A stretch of DNA of 63,959 nucleotides, counting the filler, from Octopus bimaculoides (lineage: Eukaryota), in NCBI RefSeq assembly GCF_001194135.2. It is 8 parts of 8 records of this genome, joined end to end, with 100 filler letters (N's around TTAATTAATTAA, not from the genome) between each part and the next. Parts side by side here need not be neighbours in the genome. Positions count along the whole stretch, not along the records: positions 35,251 to 52,313 come from NC_069010.1; positions 52,414 to 56,859 come from NC_068991.1; 6 more parts are not named here. One strand, written 5' to 3'. The notes beneath the pieces were generated by a model. The model was not told where the DNA came from. It ran no database searches and saw only the letters and a program-made list of their open reading frames with translations. The translations under genes and the position numbers were made by a program. Positions within the stretch are counted from its first letter, which is position 1; each line of letters opens with the position of its first letter. Below, one piece after another: positions 41,814-52,895 of this stretch.

Positions 41814-42691
41814 TATCAGGTCATCCCATAAGTTCTGTCCGAATTTTGAATAAAGAAAACAAGTGATCAAATGTTATATTTAATTGAAATTTAATCATCA
41901 ATGTTCTTTCCCTGATTATCTATGACTTCCTTCCATCTATTTACAAGCTTTTTAATCCCATCAATGTAAAACTCTTTTGGTTTCAAAACGAAGAATTCTG
42001 AAATGTCAGTTCCGACCTCCTCTTGGCTTGCGAAAGTTATGCCCCACAAATCATTCTGTAAACTACAAAACAAATGGTAGTCTGAAGGAGCAAGGTCGGG
42101 AGAATAAGGTGGATGTGGAATTTTTTCCCAACCAAGCTCTTCAATCTTCTGTGATGTGATCNNNNNNNNNNNNNNNNNNNNNNNNNNNNNNNNNNNNNNN
42201 NNNNNNNNNNNNNNNNNNNNNNNNNNNNNNNNNNNNNNNNNNNNNNNNNNNNNNNNNNNNNNNNNNNNNNNNNNNNNNNNNNNNNNNNNNNNNNNNNNNN
42301 NNNNNNNNNNNNNNNNNNNNNNNNNNNNNNNNNNNNNNNNNNNNNNNNNNNNNNNNNNNNNNGTTCAAACGCTCTAATTGCTGACAGTAGACTTGAGCAT
42401 TGATTGTTGCATTAGGTGGTAACAATTCAAAGTGAATTACTCCTTTGCAATTACACCAGATAGAGAGAAGAAACTTTTTTCCATGAAGTTCCCTTCTCGG
42501 TTGTGACTGAGTTTTTCCCCTTTTACCAAGTCACTCTTTACGACGTTAAACATTTCGATAGAAGATCCATTTTTCATCACCAGTCACAAGTCTATCCAAA
42601 AAGGGTGAAATGAGTTTGCGAGAATGGAGAGAAGAGCAGACGTCTACTCGGGATTTGTGGTTGCTTTCGGACAATTCATGAGGCACCCATT
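41814..42691 (-). mobile_element. Mariner transposon, 5' part lost in a gap
   Basis: TA followed by TIR TATCAGGTCATCCCATAAGTTCTGTCCG. Motifs WVPHEL, LVTGDEKWIFY, LPPNATINAQVYCQQLERL and GIKKLVNRWKEVIDNQG. Confidence 0.9.
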
Positions 42692-44162
42692 NNNNNNNNN
42701 NNNNNNNNNNNNNNNNNNNNNNNNNNNNNNNNNNNNNNNNNNNNNNNNNNNNNNNNNNNNNNNNNNNNNNNNNNNNNNNNNNNNNNNNNNNNNNNNNNNN
42801 NNNNNNNNNNNNNNNNNNNNNNNNNNNNNNNNNNNNNNNNNNNNNNNNNNNNNNNNNNNNNNNNNNNNNNNNNNNNNNNNNNNNNNNNNNNNNNNNNNNN
42901 NNNNNNNNNNNNNNNNNNNNNNNNNNNNNNNNNNNNNNNNNNNNNNNNNNNNNNNNNNNNNNNNNNNNNNNNNNNNNNNNNNNNNNNNNNNNNNNNNNNN
43001 NNNNNNNNNNNNNNNNNNNNNNNNNNNNNNNNNNNNNNNNNNNNNNNNNNNNNNNNNNNNNNNNNNNNNNNNNNNNNNNNNNNNNNNNNNNNNNNNNNNN
43101 NNNNNNNNNNNNNNNNNNNNNNNNNNNNNNNNNNNNNNNNNNNNNNNNNNNNNNNNNNNNNNNNNNNNNNNNNNNNNNNNNNNNNNNNNNNNNNNNNNNN
43201 NNNNNNNNNNNNNNNNNNNNNNNNNNNNNNNNNNNNNNNNNNNNNNNNNNNNNNNNNNNNNNNNNNNNNNNNNNNNNNNNNNNNNNNNNNNNNNNNNNNN
43301 NNNNNNNNNNNNNNNNNNNNNNNNNNNNNNNNNNNNNNNNNNNNNNNNNNNNNNNNNNNNNNNNNNNNNNNNNNNNNNNNNNNNNNNNNNNNNNNNNNNN
43401 NNNNNNNNNNNNNNNNNNNNNNNNNNNNNNNNNNNNNNNNNNNNNNNNNNNNNNNNNNNNNNNNNNNNNNNNNNNNNNNNNNNNNNNNNNNNNNNNNNNN
43501 NNNNNNNNNNNNNNNNNNNNNNNNNNNNNNNNNNNNNNNNNNNNNNNNNNNNNNNNNNNNNNNNNNNNNNNNNNNNNNNNNNNNNNNNNNNNNNNNNNNN
43601 NNNNNNNNNNNNNNNNNNNNNNNNNNNNNNNNNNNNNNNNATATATACACACACACACACACACACATGCCATGTCAGGTTTATATTACGGTGCCAACGT
43701 CACAAACCAATATTATTAGCAATATTGGCCATGATATTAAGGCGAAAAGCTGGCGGGGTCTTTAGAACACTGGGCAAAATGTTTAACTGCAGGTTTTCAG
43801 TTTTGTGTCGCAAATATTTGTGTTGAAATATCGCACAAACACAGTTTGTTTTCATCGTATTAAAATATTTTATTTTAAAAAAAATATGTTTACGTCAAAT
43901 TGCACATTCTACTGTTAAAATTATTACTACGAATATTAATTCAGAATTTAATATAATAAAAGGGCGATTTGTGCAATTAATATTATCATAAAGAGGAATA
44001 CCAAATTAATATACCCCGTAGTTGAGGGAAAATATTGAATATTTATATGGATCAGATTGTGTGTCCTTACTATCTAGTAAGGACACTAATCCAAAATTTA
44101 GTGTTCATTCAACCACATTAATTACATTTAAGATTAAAATAATACAAAAACCCAATACATAC

Positions 44163-44253
44163 CAACGCGAAATTGCAGCCGCGATTCCCACGTTTAAGAT
44201 AGCAAACAGGATCAATGGAACTAGCATAAACACCAGGATATACTTTGTTTCTT
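44163..44253 (-). CDS. Transmembrane exon of the FTP-EGF gene
   Basis: Acceptor ctccaatttccag, donor cgttg|gtatgt. 91 nt, phase 1-2: ETKYILVFMLVPLILFAILNVGIAAAISR, with a ~22-aa hydrophobic helix. In frame with the EGF exon. Confidence 0.8.
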
Positions 44254-44300
44254 CTGGAAATTGGAGAAGTGTATTGTTTATATACGTTCATACGGACATC

Positions 44301-44348
<48 letters not shown>

Positions 44349-45782
44349 TAAACAGTCATATATGTATCATACATGATATACATACCTCACGAGAACGATT
44401 TTATTGTGGTATATGTCATATGGATGTGAGTTGTTTAGAAAGAGAATGATTTTTAAAATAACCATTTTTCTGGAAGTTATGAAGAAACAGAGTCGATGGG
44501 GTACACTTGTATATATATGCACATTGAGTTAACATAAGTCATGCTATAATTATGTTGCTACTATATATCTACATATCAGTTTGCTTCACTTCACTTTCAT
44601 TTTGTATGTAACAATATTTAATTATGTAACTGCATGTTATATATAAACAAAATATATATTTCTTTCATTCCGTTAGCGTCAAAAGAGTGACAATAATTTG
44701 AATGAGATGGGCTCAATTTTTCACTACACATAAACGAAAATAGGATATAATAGTATGTACGATGACACTGTGTAACGACTACTAACTATATCAAAAATCC
44801 ATCGTATTATGTGTGTGTGTGCGTGCGCGTGCGTGTGTGTGTGTATGTGCCTTATACAATTTATTGGCTGTAATCAGAAAGTTTTCATTGCTTTGTAGAC
44901 GCACGTTCCCTTAACTTAATTACATTTCACCTGGTATCTTTACAAATTCTATTATTGATGTTTGAGCTTCATTCATGTATTTCCTGCATTCTCCCTATGT
45001 GCGTGCCATTTGTAAATGTACGATTATACACTATAGAATATATGATACAATATCAAACCAATGTAAGACACATTTTTATGTATTTTGCCTTTAGTCCTGT
45101 TTTTTTCTTGTGTATGTGCATATATAGACGTGTGTATGAACCTTTCGAGACGGCAACGTTGTTCCATGGATGTAAGTNNNNNNNNNNNNNNNNNNNNNNN
45201 NNNNNNNNNNNNNNNNNNNNNNNNNNNNNNNNNNNNNNNNNNNNNNNNNNNNNNNNNNNNNNNNNNNNNNNNNNNNNNNNNNNNNNNNNNNNNNNNNNNN
45301 NNNNNNNNNNNNNNNNNNNNNNNNNNNNNNNNNNNNNNNNNNNNNNNNNNNNNNNNNNNNNNNNNNNNNNNNNNNNNNNNNNNNNNNNNNNNNNNNNNNN
45401 NNNNNNNNNNNNNNNNNNNNNNNNNNNNNNNNNNNNNNNNNNNNNNNNNNNNNNNNNNNNNNNNNNNNNNNNNNNNNNNNNNNNNNNNNNNNNNNNNNNN
45501 NNNNNNNNNNNNNNNNNNNNNNNNNNNNNNNNNNNNNNNNNNNNNNNNNNNNNNNNNNNNNNNNNNNNNNNNNNNNNNNNNNNNNNNNNNNNNNNNNNNN
45601 NNNNNNNNNNNNNNNNNNNNNNNNNNNNNNNNNNNNNNNNNNNNNNNNNNNNNNNNNNNNNNNNNNNNNNNNNNNNNNNNNNNNNNNNNNNNNNNNNNNN
45701 NNNNNNNNNNNNNNNNNNNNNNNNNNNNNNNNNNNNNNNNNNNNNNNNNNNNNNNNNNNNNNNNNNNNNNNNNNNNNNNNNN

Positions 45783-45824
<42 letters not shown>

Positions 45825-46238
45825 GACGGGCTTCATTCAGTTTCCGCCTACCAAATCCACTCTCAAGGCTTTGGTCAGCCCGAGGCTATAGTAGAAGACA
45901 CTTGCCCAAGGTGCCACGCAGTGGGACTGAACCCGGAACCATGTGGTACTTTCACATAAAAACAATAATAAAATTAATATCTCATTTATAACAGTGGAAT
46001 TAATGAGAGAGATTAAGTTCTGTTGAAATTCTTGTTTTCAAGAGAAAAATAACGTTTAGACTTTCCCCCAAAATTTTTTAATAATGCTTATGACAAATTA
46101 AATAGGGTTGGTAATGGTAATATCCCTAAATTATTGTGGATATGGATATGTGTAGTAACTGATGTAAAAAAAGATTTGCAAGAAAATCTAATAATCGCTC
46201 AGTAAGAGATTGAGTAAGAGATTAGTAGTTTATCTTAC

Positions 46239-46382
46239 CTTTGCATCTCTTGGAATTATTGTTCCAGTCATATCCCGTGATGCAACCTTTCTCACAATGT
46301 CCCGTGACTTGATCACATTTAGAACCTACACACAATTCACAACGTTTCATACACATATCTCCATAGAATCCAGGAACACATT
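46239..46382 (-). CDS. Exon encoding a laminin-type/SREC-MEGF10-like EGF repeat
   Basis: Poly-T tract plus tatcgcag acceptor, donor aaag|gtaaga. 144 nt, phase 1-1, 8 Cys: CVPGFYGDMCMKRCELCVGSKCDQVTGHCEKGCITGYDWNNNSKRCK. Confidence 0.9.
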
Positions 46383-46569
46383 CTGCGATAACAAAAATGA
46401 AAAAAAAAAAAAAGAATATTATGGTAACTGTATGTATTTCACTAACGTTAGTTGTAATAATATTTTATAGAATGGTTACGGTTTAAATTTGCGCTATTAA
46501 CTCATTGATGGCTACCATTCTTATAAATCAGTATTTTTTCAAGTGAAATAATAGATATACATAACTTAC

Positions 46570-46752
46570 GTAATACTTCCACTTCACAAAGAGTAAGCAT
46601 TCTCTCATCTCCTTCTAACGATATTTTGACATTACTTGAATTTACTGGGTTTTGACATTTAATATAGATTACTTGTTCCTCGTTTTCATTATTCATACTT
46701 TCAAAACAAAGTGATGATCCAAGGTAAACTTTAAATCCTTTCAGACTTTTAT
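46570..46752 (-). CDS. Exon encoding the C-terminal half of the F-type lectin domain
   Basis: Acceptor ttttgattctag, donor ttac|gtaagt. 183 nt, phase 1-1: KSLKGFKVYLGSSLCFESMNNENEEQVIYIKCQNPVNSSNVKISLEGDERMLTLCEVEVL. Ends in the FTP signature LTLCEVEV. Confidence 0.9.
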
Positions 46753-46879
46753 CTAGAATCAAAATATAAGAGTAAAAACTGAAATCAGATGTTAGCTACA
46801 TTGAGAATAATTTCGAAAGAAAAATAATTTCAAAAGATCACCAAGGCATGGGTCTCCCTTTCTTACAATTTGTCTAATT

Positions 46880-47365
46880 AAATAATTAGACGAGTTAGAT
46901 TGATTGACCAGAGGGTGGCATTATTTCTTCTCGGTGAGTCACCTTCCTTTTTGTTTAGGGAAATATTCCTCCGCAAGTTACCACCCGAGGTCCAGGCCCA
47001 CATAACTCAGACCCAGATCAAGTACCTGCGGTAGTTAGCGAAATCAGCTGACAAACATTTTTCATCCGGTGGGGGTTATGGTCAACGTCATAGTATCAGC
47101 CACGAGACATGGTAGAGTTAAGGAAGATGACCTGTGCTTCTACTACACAAAGTACAGGGAAAAGGCTACCAGGTGTAAACAACCATGTTGCTTCAAGATC
47201 CCTTGGCCATCGGCCCCGGGAAACTTCAGGGCCGGCCGCCATTGAATACTCTGTTGGTCAGCAAACACGATCAACTGCTCCTGTATGTCCATGATCTGAG
47301 CTTTTGACGTAGGTAAGTTCCTAATCGACAAAGGAGCAGAAGTCTGCATAATCCCAACATCGGCA
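46880..47365 (+). mobile_element. Gypsy LTR retrotransposon gag-protease fragment, intronic
   Basis: SPSFLFREIFLRKLPPEVQAHI, CFYYTKYREKATRCKQPCCF, a GNFRAGRH* gag end, and an aspartic protease-like FLIDKGAEVCIIP. Confidence 0.75.
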
Positions 47366-47385
47366 AGGGACCCTCGTTACGGAAA

Positions 47386-47472
47386 ACCACTTGCACGTTA
47401 ATTTCACGAGCAGGCTGTTTCGTTGATCGGATCAACTGGAACCCTCGACGTCGTAAGCGACGGAGTGCCAAT
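47386..47472 (+). mobile_element. SINE family A 3' fragment
   Basis: CCACTTGCACGTTAATTTCACGAGCAGGCTG...GACGGAGTGCCA. Confidence 0.85.
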
Positions 47473-47533
47473 AATAAACAATTGGAAACTTAGTAATAGC
47501 AATAACGAAAGTAGTAGTTTTAGCAATACTTAC

Positions 47534-47791
47534 GCTCTTTCATTCGATTGTATATTCTCAGTTGTGATATCACGTATGGTTTATCAAACATCACTTGCCA
47601 GTATGGATCGGTTTCAAATGTAGTTTGTGCACATGATTTATGTGGAAATGCATGGTCAAAATTACCGTCAACCGCCTTGTCGGATGTCATATTTAGTTCC
47701 ATGATTTTACATGTTCCATTGTAGAAAACGTCTGTTCCTAACTCTCTATAATTACTTGTTTGATTTGTTTGTTTACCTTGAGCAATATTAA
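47534..47791 (-). CDS. Exon encoding the N-terminal half of an F-type lectin (FTP/F5_F8-like) domain
   Basis: Acceptor ttttttcag, donor gagc|gtaagt. 258 nt, phase 1-1: NIAQGKQTNQTSNYRELGTDVFYNGTCKIMELNMTSDKAVDGNFDHAFPHKSCAQTTFETDPYWQVMFDKPYVISQLRIYNRMKE. Has the FTP hallmarks NIA.GK.T.QTS, AVDGN, C..T...PYW.V and IYNR. Confidence 0.9.
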
Positions 47792-49199
47792 CTGAAAAAA
47801 GATCGACGCCTGAATTAATATTCAGTACAAAGCTTTTAGTTCAGTATATTTAGAAAGTGTATTTTGTGAATCCATGATACATATCTATAGATCCAGTTTT
47901 CTGTACACAATAACATAAATGCAGTGTATACCTTAACATATACTAAGTCTGTATCGCCCAAAAGTATCAAATTGGAAACGGCAGTTATAACACAAAAACT
48001 TAACATTTATAAAAGAAATATACATAAAAAAACCTGTCAAGAATATCAAAAAAGTTATAATTACATCTTGTATAATTTCCTTCAATTCTACAAAAGGCTG
48101 AATTTTTAGCGCTAAATCATTTTACATTGCATACTAAAGAATTTTTAAAATTTTGATGTAAAATATTATCTGGGGAAATTTAATAAATATAAAATTATAT
48201 AGGTACAATTTCTTCTCAAAAAAATAATTCGTTAACGAAACCTTTTGATAGAATTATAATAACTTGCTTTAATCCCAACTTCAATTAGACGTATGAGAAC
48301 AACATTAGCATTATGATACAACAATATACTTCACCGATGATACAATAATCGAAATCTGAAAACTAGAAAGACTATCATCTAGGAATATGAAATGTAATAT
48401 ATTATGTAAGTAGAATGAGAAAAATACATCTCCAATGCATAAGTAATAATTAATTAATTGTATAGACTTTAGTATATACTACTGGTATGACACCCACTGG
48501 AAGGGTGAAAATTCAAAGTTAGTTTGGCTGAGTGGTGGAAATGAACTTGCAATAAGGAAAAGGACGACGTAAATAAATACTACTCTTCTGTTTCAGCTAT
48601 TCTTTCAACGATTAATATTTGTGATTCTTTTACAACTTCCATCCCTATATCGGATATGAGGGTTCTTCCTACGTTACACATTGATATATGTAAAGAAAAC
48701 ATGAAGCCCAATTCCACTTCCATTCACTGGTTTTCCAAGTAACATATATGAGAAAACTAAACACTATAAGATAATAAATCATTAATAAGTCATTAATAAG
48801 TTAATAAATCATTATATATATATAATATATACACGACGGGCTTCTCTCAGTTTCCGCCTACCAAATTCACTCACAAGGCTTTGGTCGGCCTGAGACTATA
48901 GCAGACGGCACTTGCCCGAGGTACCACTCGGTGGAACTGAACCCGGAATCATATGGTTGGGAAGCAAACTTCTTACAACACAGCCACTCCTGTGCCTATC
49001 TCTCTTATTTTGATTCCTTCAATTCCTGAATTGTTGATTCACAGTTCTTTAATTTATAGCAATGTGTCAGTCCACTTCCACTTTTCATCCTTCCACAACA
49101 AGTTGTACCGGTGCGTAATTTTCCCTCAACTCAGAAAACAAGAAATCCAACAGAAAAAATAAACTCAACAGCCCCAGGATAAACCTTTCCAGCATCTCA

Positions 49200-50030
49200 G
49201 GAAACCGAAGGACATCCTGTAGCAATAAAAATAAAACAAACAACCGACAAAACCGTCACTGTAACCACAACTTCAGCCACCAAATATTCCTTAACCAGAC
49301 AAATTATTCTTTTTTATCCATGGGGAACCTAGCAAAAGAATTTCAGAAAACTGCCATGGCTGTCACACTGTGCTCGTGGATCCACAGAACTTTCTGAACT
49401 AGAGATGCTCCTAATATTATCCTTCGCTTCTCTACGATCGTCCGTCCTCACACAGAATAATGTTATGCGTTCTGGTCGCTCTACACGAAAGTAACTATAA
49501 AAATTAAAGCACCCCAGAGATCAATCAAAGAAAAAGCAAGGTTTTGACTTCTGAGATCGGATCGCGAAGCTCAAGCTTTATTCCCTCCAACGCTGCCATG
49601 GATGCTATATCATTTGTATAATATGGAAAATATTCCAACATTGTCCAACTTCAAAATTCACTCTAGACTTGGTCCCAATGCCATCTGTCCTCTTCAAAAA
49701 TTGCCCTCGTCTCACATTACAACACTGAGACAGAACTATTTTGCTTCAACTGGCCCTCTGCAAATAACTCTTTGCACGCATGGGCGATGGTGCCCAAAGC
49801 ACGATTAAATGTCTTTATAGGTGCTGCTTTTAAGTTAGTCATGGCCTGGGTAAATTCTGGCCGAAATCTATCTAAGCATCTCCATACCCTGAACATATAT
49901 GTACTCACAGTATGTTGGCTTGTCACACTTCTCTCCATGCCATCCATCTTCGCAGCCATTTTTACAGAATCCATTTATTTGGTGACATGATTCCCCTCGA
50001 GAACAATGACATTCATTGGTACAGTCTTCT
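49200..50030 (+). mobile_element. CR1/Jockey-group LINE 3' fragment
   Basis: Fragments read WIHRTF*TRD, IVRPH, KLKLYSLQRCHGCYIICIIWKIF and QNYFASTGP, matching the RT C-terminal motifs LVRPHLEY and LYSL.RRR.. Confidence 0.7.
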
Positions 50031-50180
50031 CCATACAATTCTGGTGGACATCCTAAATTGGTAATATCGAGAGAGTTTCTTTCTAAATGAACATTAAAAT
50101 AAAACAGTCATTGAATACAAAATTCAACAACCTTCCACAATCTCACTAATCAGGTAACTTATCAATAAAAGATGATATTT

Positions 50181-51482
50181 ATTATATTTCATGTCATCTC
50201 ATGAGAAATGTCGGAGTTTTGGGGAGGAAAAAAGTGATCTAACTTTACATTTTATTAAAATTTAATCCTGGATATAATACCAATCATTATCGATATTTCT
50301 CTTCCATCTATCCATCAGCCTTTTAAAATTCCATTGGTAAAGATATCTTTTGGTTTTGGTGAGAAGGAAAAGAGGTTCGGTTTCGACCTCTTTGAGGCTT
50401 TTGAGTACTAATCCATCTAAACGATTCTGTAAGCTTCGAAATTGATGGTAATCAGAAGGGGTGAGGTCCGGCAAATAAAGCAGGTGAGTGATTTTCTCCC
50501 ACCCAAGTTCTTCGATTTTCTTCAGATGTAATCTTTGCAGTGTGAGGCCTTGAATTATCATCTTGAAACACCACTGCATTACCATTCACTAAAGCAGGCC
50601 TTTATTCAAAGCATGCAGGTGCTTTAATTCTTGGCAATAGGTGTGAGCAGTAATTGTTGCATTAGTTGGTGGTACCTCAAAGTGGAAAATTTTCACCAAA
50701 CAGAAAGAAGAATCTTTTTTTACTCGGAAGTCCTTTTAGATTGTGGTTTAACCTGTTCTTAACAGCTAAGCCATTCCCTGCATCGCTTACCGTTTTCTTT
50801 AAAAAATCCATTTTTAATCACCAGTCACTAATCTGTCCCAAAGTGGTGAAATACGCTCATGAGAGTGAAGAGACGAGCAGATGTCCACTCGTGATTTTTG
50901 GTTGATTTCTGTCAACTCATGGGGAACCTATTTTCCGAGTTTCGGCTCCTATCCAAGTCGTTGAAGATGGCGGCGAACAGTTGAAGAATTGGCAAGCAAG
51001 CTCAGCTTGCTTGCTAATTCTTCAACTGACACAGCATTATACTTCTCAAGCTCTAGCAACAGATGTTCATCGACAAAGCCAAATTCAACAGGGCGTCCCA
51101 TTCGCGGCCTCTCTCTTTGGCTGATTTTTGAAAATTGTTAACCAACTTCTGTAACTTCTTTCGTTCAAGCACTCTTCTCCACAAGCAGAATGGATATTTT
51201 GGATATTTTGTGTTACTTCTGCTGCACTGTTTCCCTTTTTGAACACATATAACATTATGTGCCTTAAACACTCCTTCGATCCGTCCATCTTTGAGCGGTT
51301 AATATTAGTAATTAATTCAATCAGATTATTCTATAAAAAGAAATTATATTAAGTTAAAGATTTCCAAATTCATATGTGTCTCAATCAATACATTTGACAT
51401 TTCAGAATACTGTAAAATTTGATAGAAATTACATATATGATATTTCGGACATTATTTTTGGGATGTCGTGATATATAATATA
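50181..51482 (-). mobile_element. Full-length decayed mariner transposon
   Basis: Imperfect TIRs at ~50181-50216 and ~51444-51482. N-terminus MDGSKECLRHIMLYVFKKGNSAAEV; C-terminus EELGWEKITHLLYLPDLTPSDYHQFRSLQN and MDRWKRNIDNDWYY. Multiple frameshifts. Confidence 0.9.
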
Positions 51483-51954
51483 TGCGTGTGTGTGTCTGTA
51501 TACAAATACATGTATATATATATATATATAATTGACGATTCCCTGCCCTGCATATCTATATATATATATGGGAGTATTTACGAAAAAAAACAACAGACGA
51601 AGACAGGTGGTGTAAACAACAAGTGGATGTATTAGTTTAATGCTCGGGAATAGAGAAAGTCTTTGACGTTTCGAGCTATGCTCTTCAACTGAAAGTAACA
51701 CGGAAAGAAACAAGGAGAAACAAATATATAAATGTAGTGGTCAGCGATCTATCATGGCGAATGAAGTAAAAAAATGTATTTACACAAATATTTGTGATCT
51801 ATAGAATTTATTTTGTATTAAAATGCATCCTTTTATTATTTGTATATTTATACTTATATATTTATCCAATATTTATCTTGTATTACAAATAATTTCAAAC
51901 CGCAAAATATTAATTCAATATGAAGTCGTTTAGATGAGTATTAAGGGATCTGGC

Positions 51955-52047
51955 GAAAAGTTGCTTTGTTGAAAAGTTGCTTCGATGAAAAATTGCTTCG
52001 AAGAGAAGTTGCGAGGTGAATTATTGTTTGATAAAAGGTTTTGCTAT
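51955..52047. repeat. Short 15-16-bp tandem repeat GAAAAGTTGCTTCGAT, 5-6 decaying units
   Basis: Units start at 51955, 51971, 51987, 52003 and 52018. Confidence 0.75.
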
Positions 52048-52114
52048 CAATGATTGCACTTAACATTTAGAAAAGCATTTAACAATCGTTTTATAAAGCG
52101 AGACATCAACATAC

Positions 52115-52258
52115 CAATTAATTTAATATGATAAACTTCGGCTATGCCATCGATATACAGTTTATCAGCCGTGGCATCACCAGTGCAAATTAACCTTCTT
52201 GCACTTGGTCGTAGCTTGCATTCTATTCCACTTGGATAGGTAACTTTCATTGTTGAAT
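52115..52258 (-). CDS. Exon of the FTP-EGF-TM gene; resembles the C-terminal half of a degenerate FTP-like beta-sandwich
   Basis: Strong acceptor (ttttctgtatgtactcttctcaacag) and donor (attg|gtatgt). 144 nt, phase 1-1, open: xSTMKVTYPSGIECKLRPSARRLICTGDATADKLYIDGIAEVYHIKLI. Splices in frame to 47791 (G|TT=V, giving VNIAQGK). Confidence 0.65.
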
Positions 52259-52457
52259 CTGTTGAGAAGAGTACATACAGAAAAATAGAAAATTTATGTC
52301 TGTAAATATTAAGNNNNNNNNNNNNNNNNNNNNNNNNNNNNNNNNNNNNNNNNNNNNTTAATTAATTAANNNNNNNNNNNNNNNNNNNNNNNNNNNNNNN
52401 NNNNNNNNNNNNNGAGAGAGAGAGAAGGAGAAAGAGGGAGAGAGAGAGAGGGGGGGA

Positions 52458-52488
<31 letters not shown>

Positions 52489-52654
52489 TGAAAGAGTGAG
52501 AGAGAGAGTGAAAGAGTGAGAGAGAGAGTGAAAGAGTGAGAGAGAGAGAGGACACAAGAGAGACACATTATGGGAATGAGAGATAGAAAGACAGAGAGAG
52601 TGTGTGTGTGTGTGTGTGTGCGCGTGTGCGTGCGCGCGTGTGTGTTTCTTCATC

Positions 52655-52895
52655 TGTATGTGTGTGTTATTTCTTTACTACCCACAAGGGGCTAAACACA
52701 GAGGGGACAAACAAAGACAGACAAACGAAATAAGTGGATTATATCGACCCCAGTGCGTAACTGATACTCCTTTAATCGACCCCGAAAGGATGAAAGGCAA
52801 AGTCGACCTCGGCGGAATTTGAACTCAGAACGTAGCGGCAGACGAAATATCGCTAAGCATTTCGCCCGGCTTGGCTAACGATTCTGCAAGCTCGC
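52655..52895 (-). mobile_element. tRNA-derived SINE family E
   Basis: Reverse complement of 54115-54325. Block CGACCCCGAAAGGATGAAAGGCAAAGTCGACCTCGGCGGAATTTGAACTC. Confidence 0.9.

Noticed and set aside
48325-48345. 21-nt microexon DFDYCII upstream of the FTP exon
   Set aside because: It is phase-compatible but too short to distinguish from chance, and 52115-52258 already splices in frame.
51955-52047. CRISPR-like array
   Set aside because: The repeats are contiguous with no unique spacers, there are no cas genes, and the context is eukaryotic.
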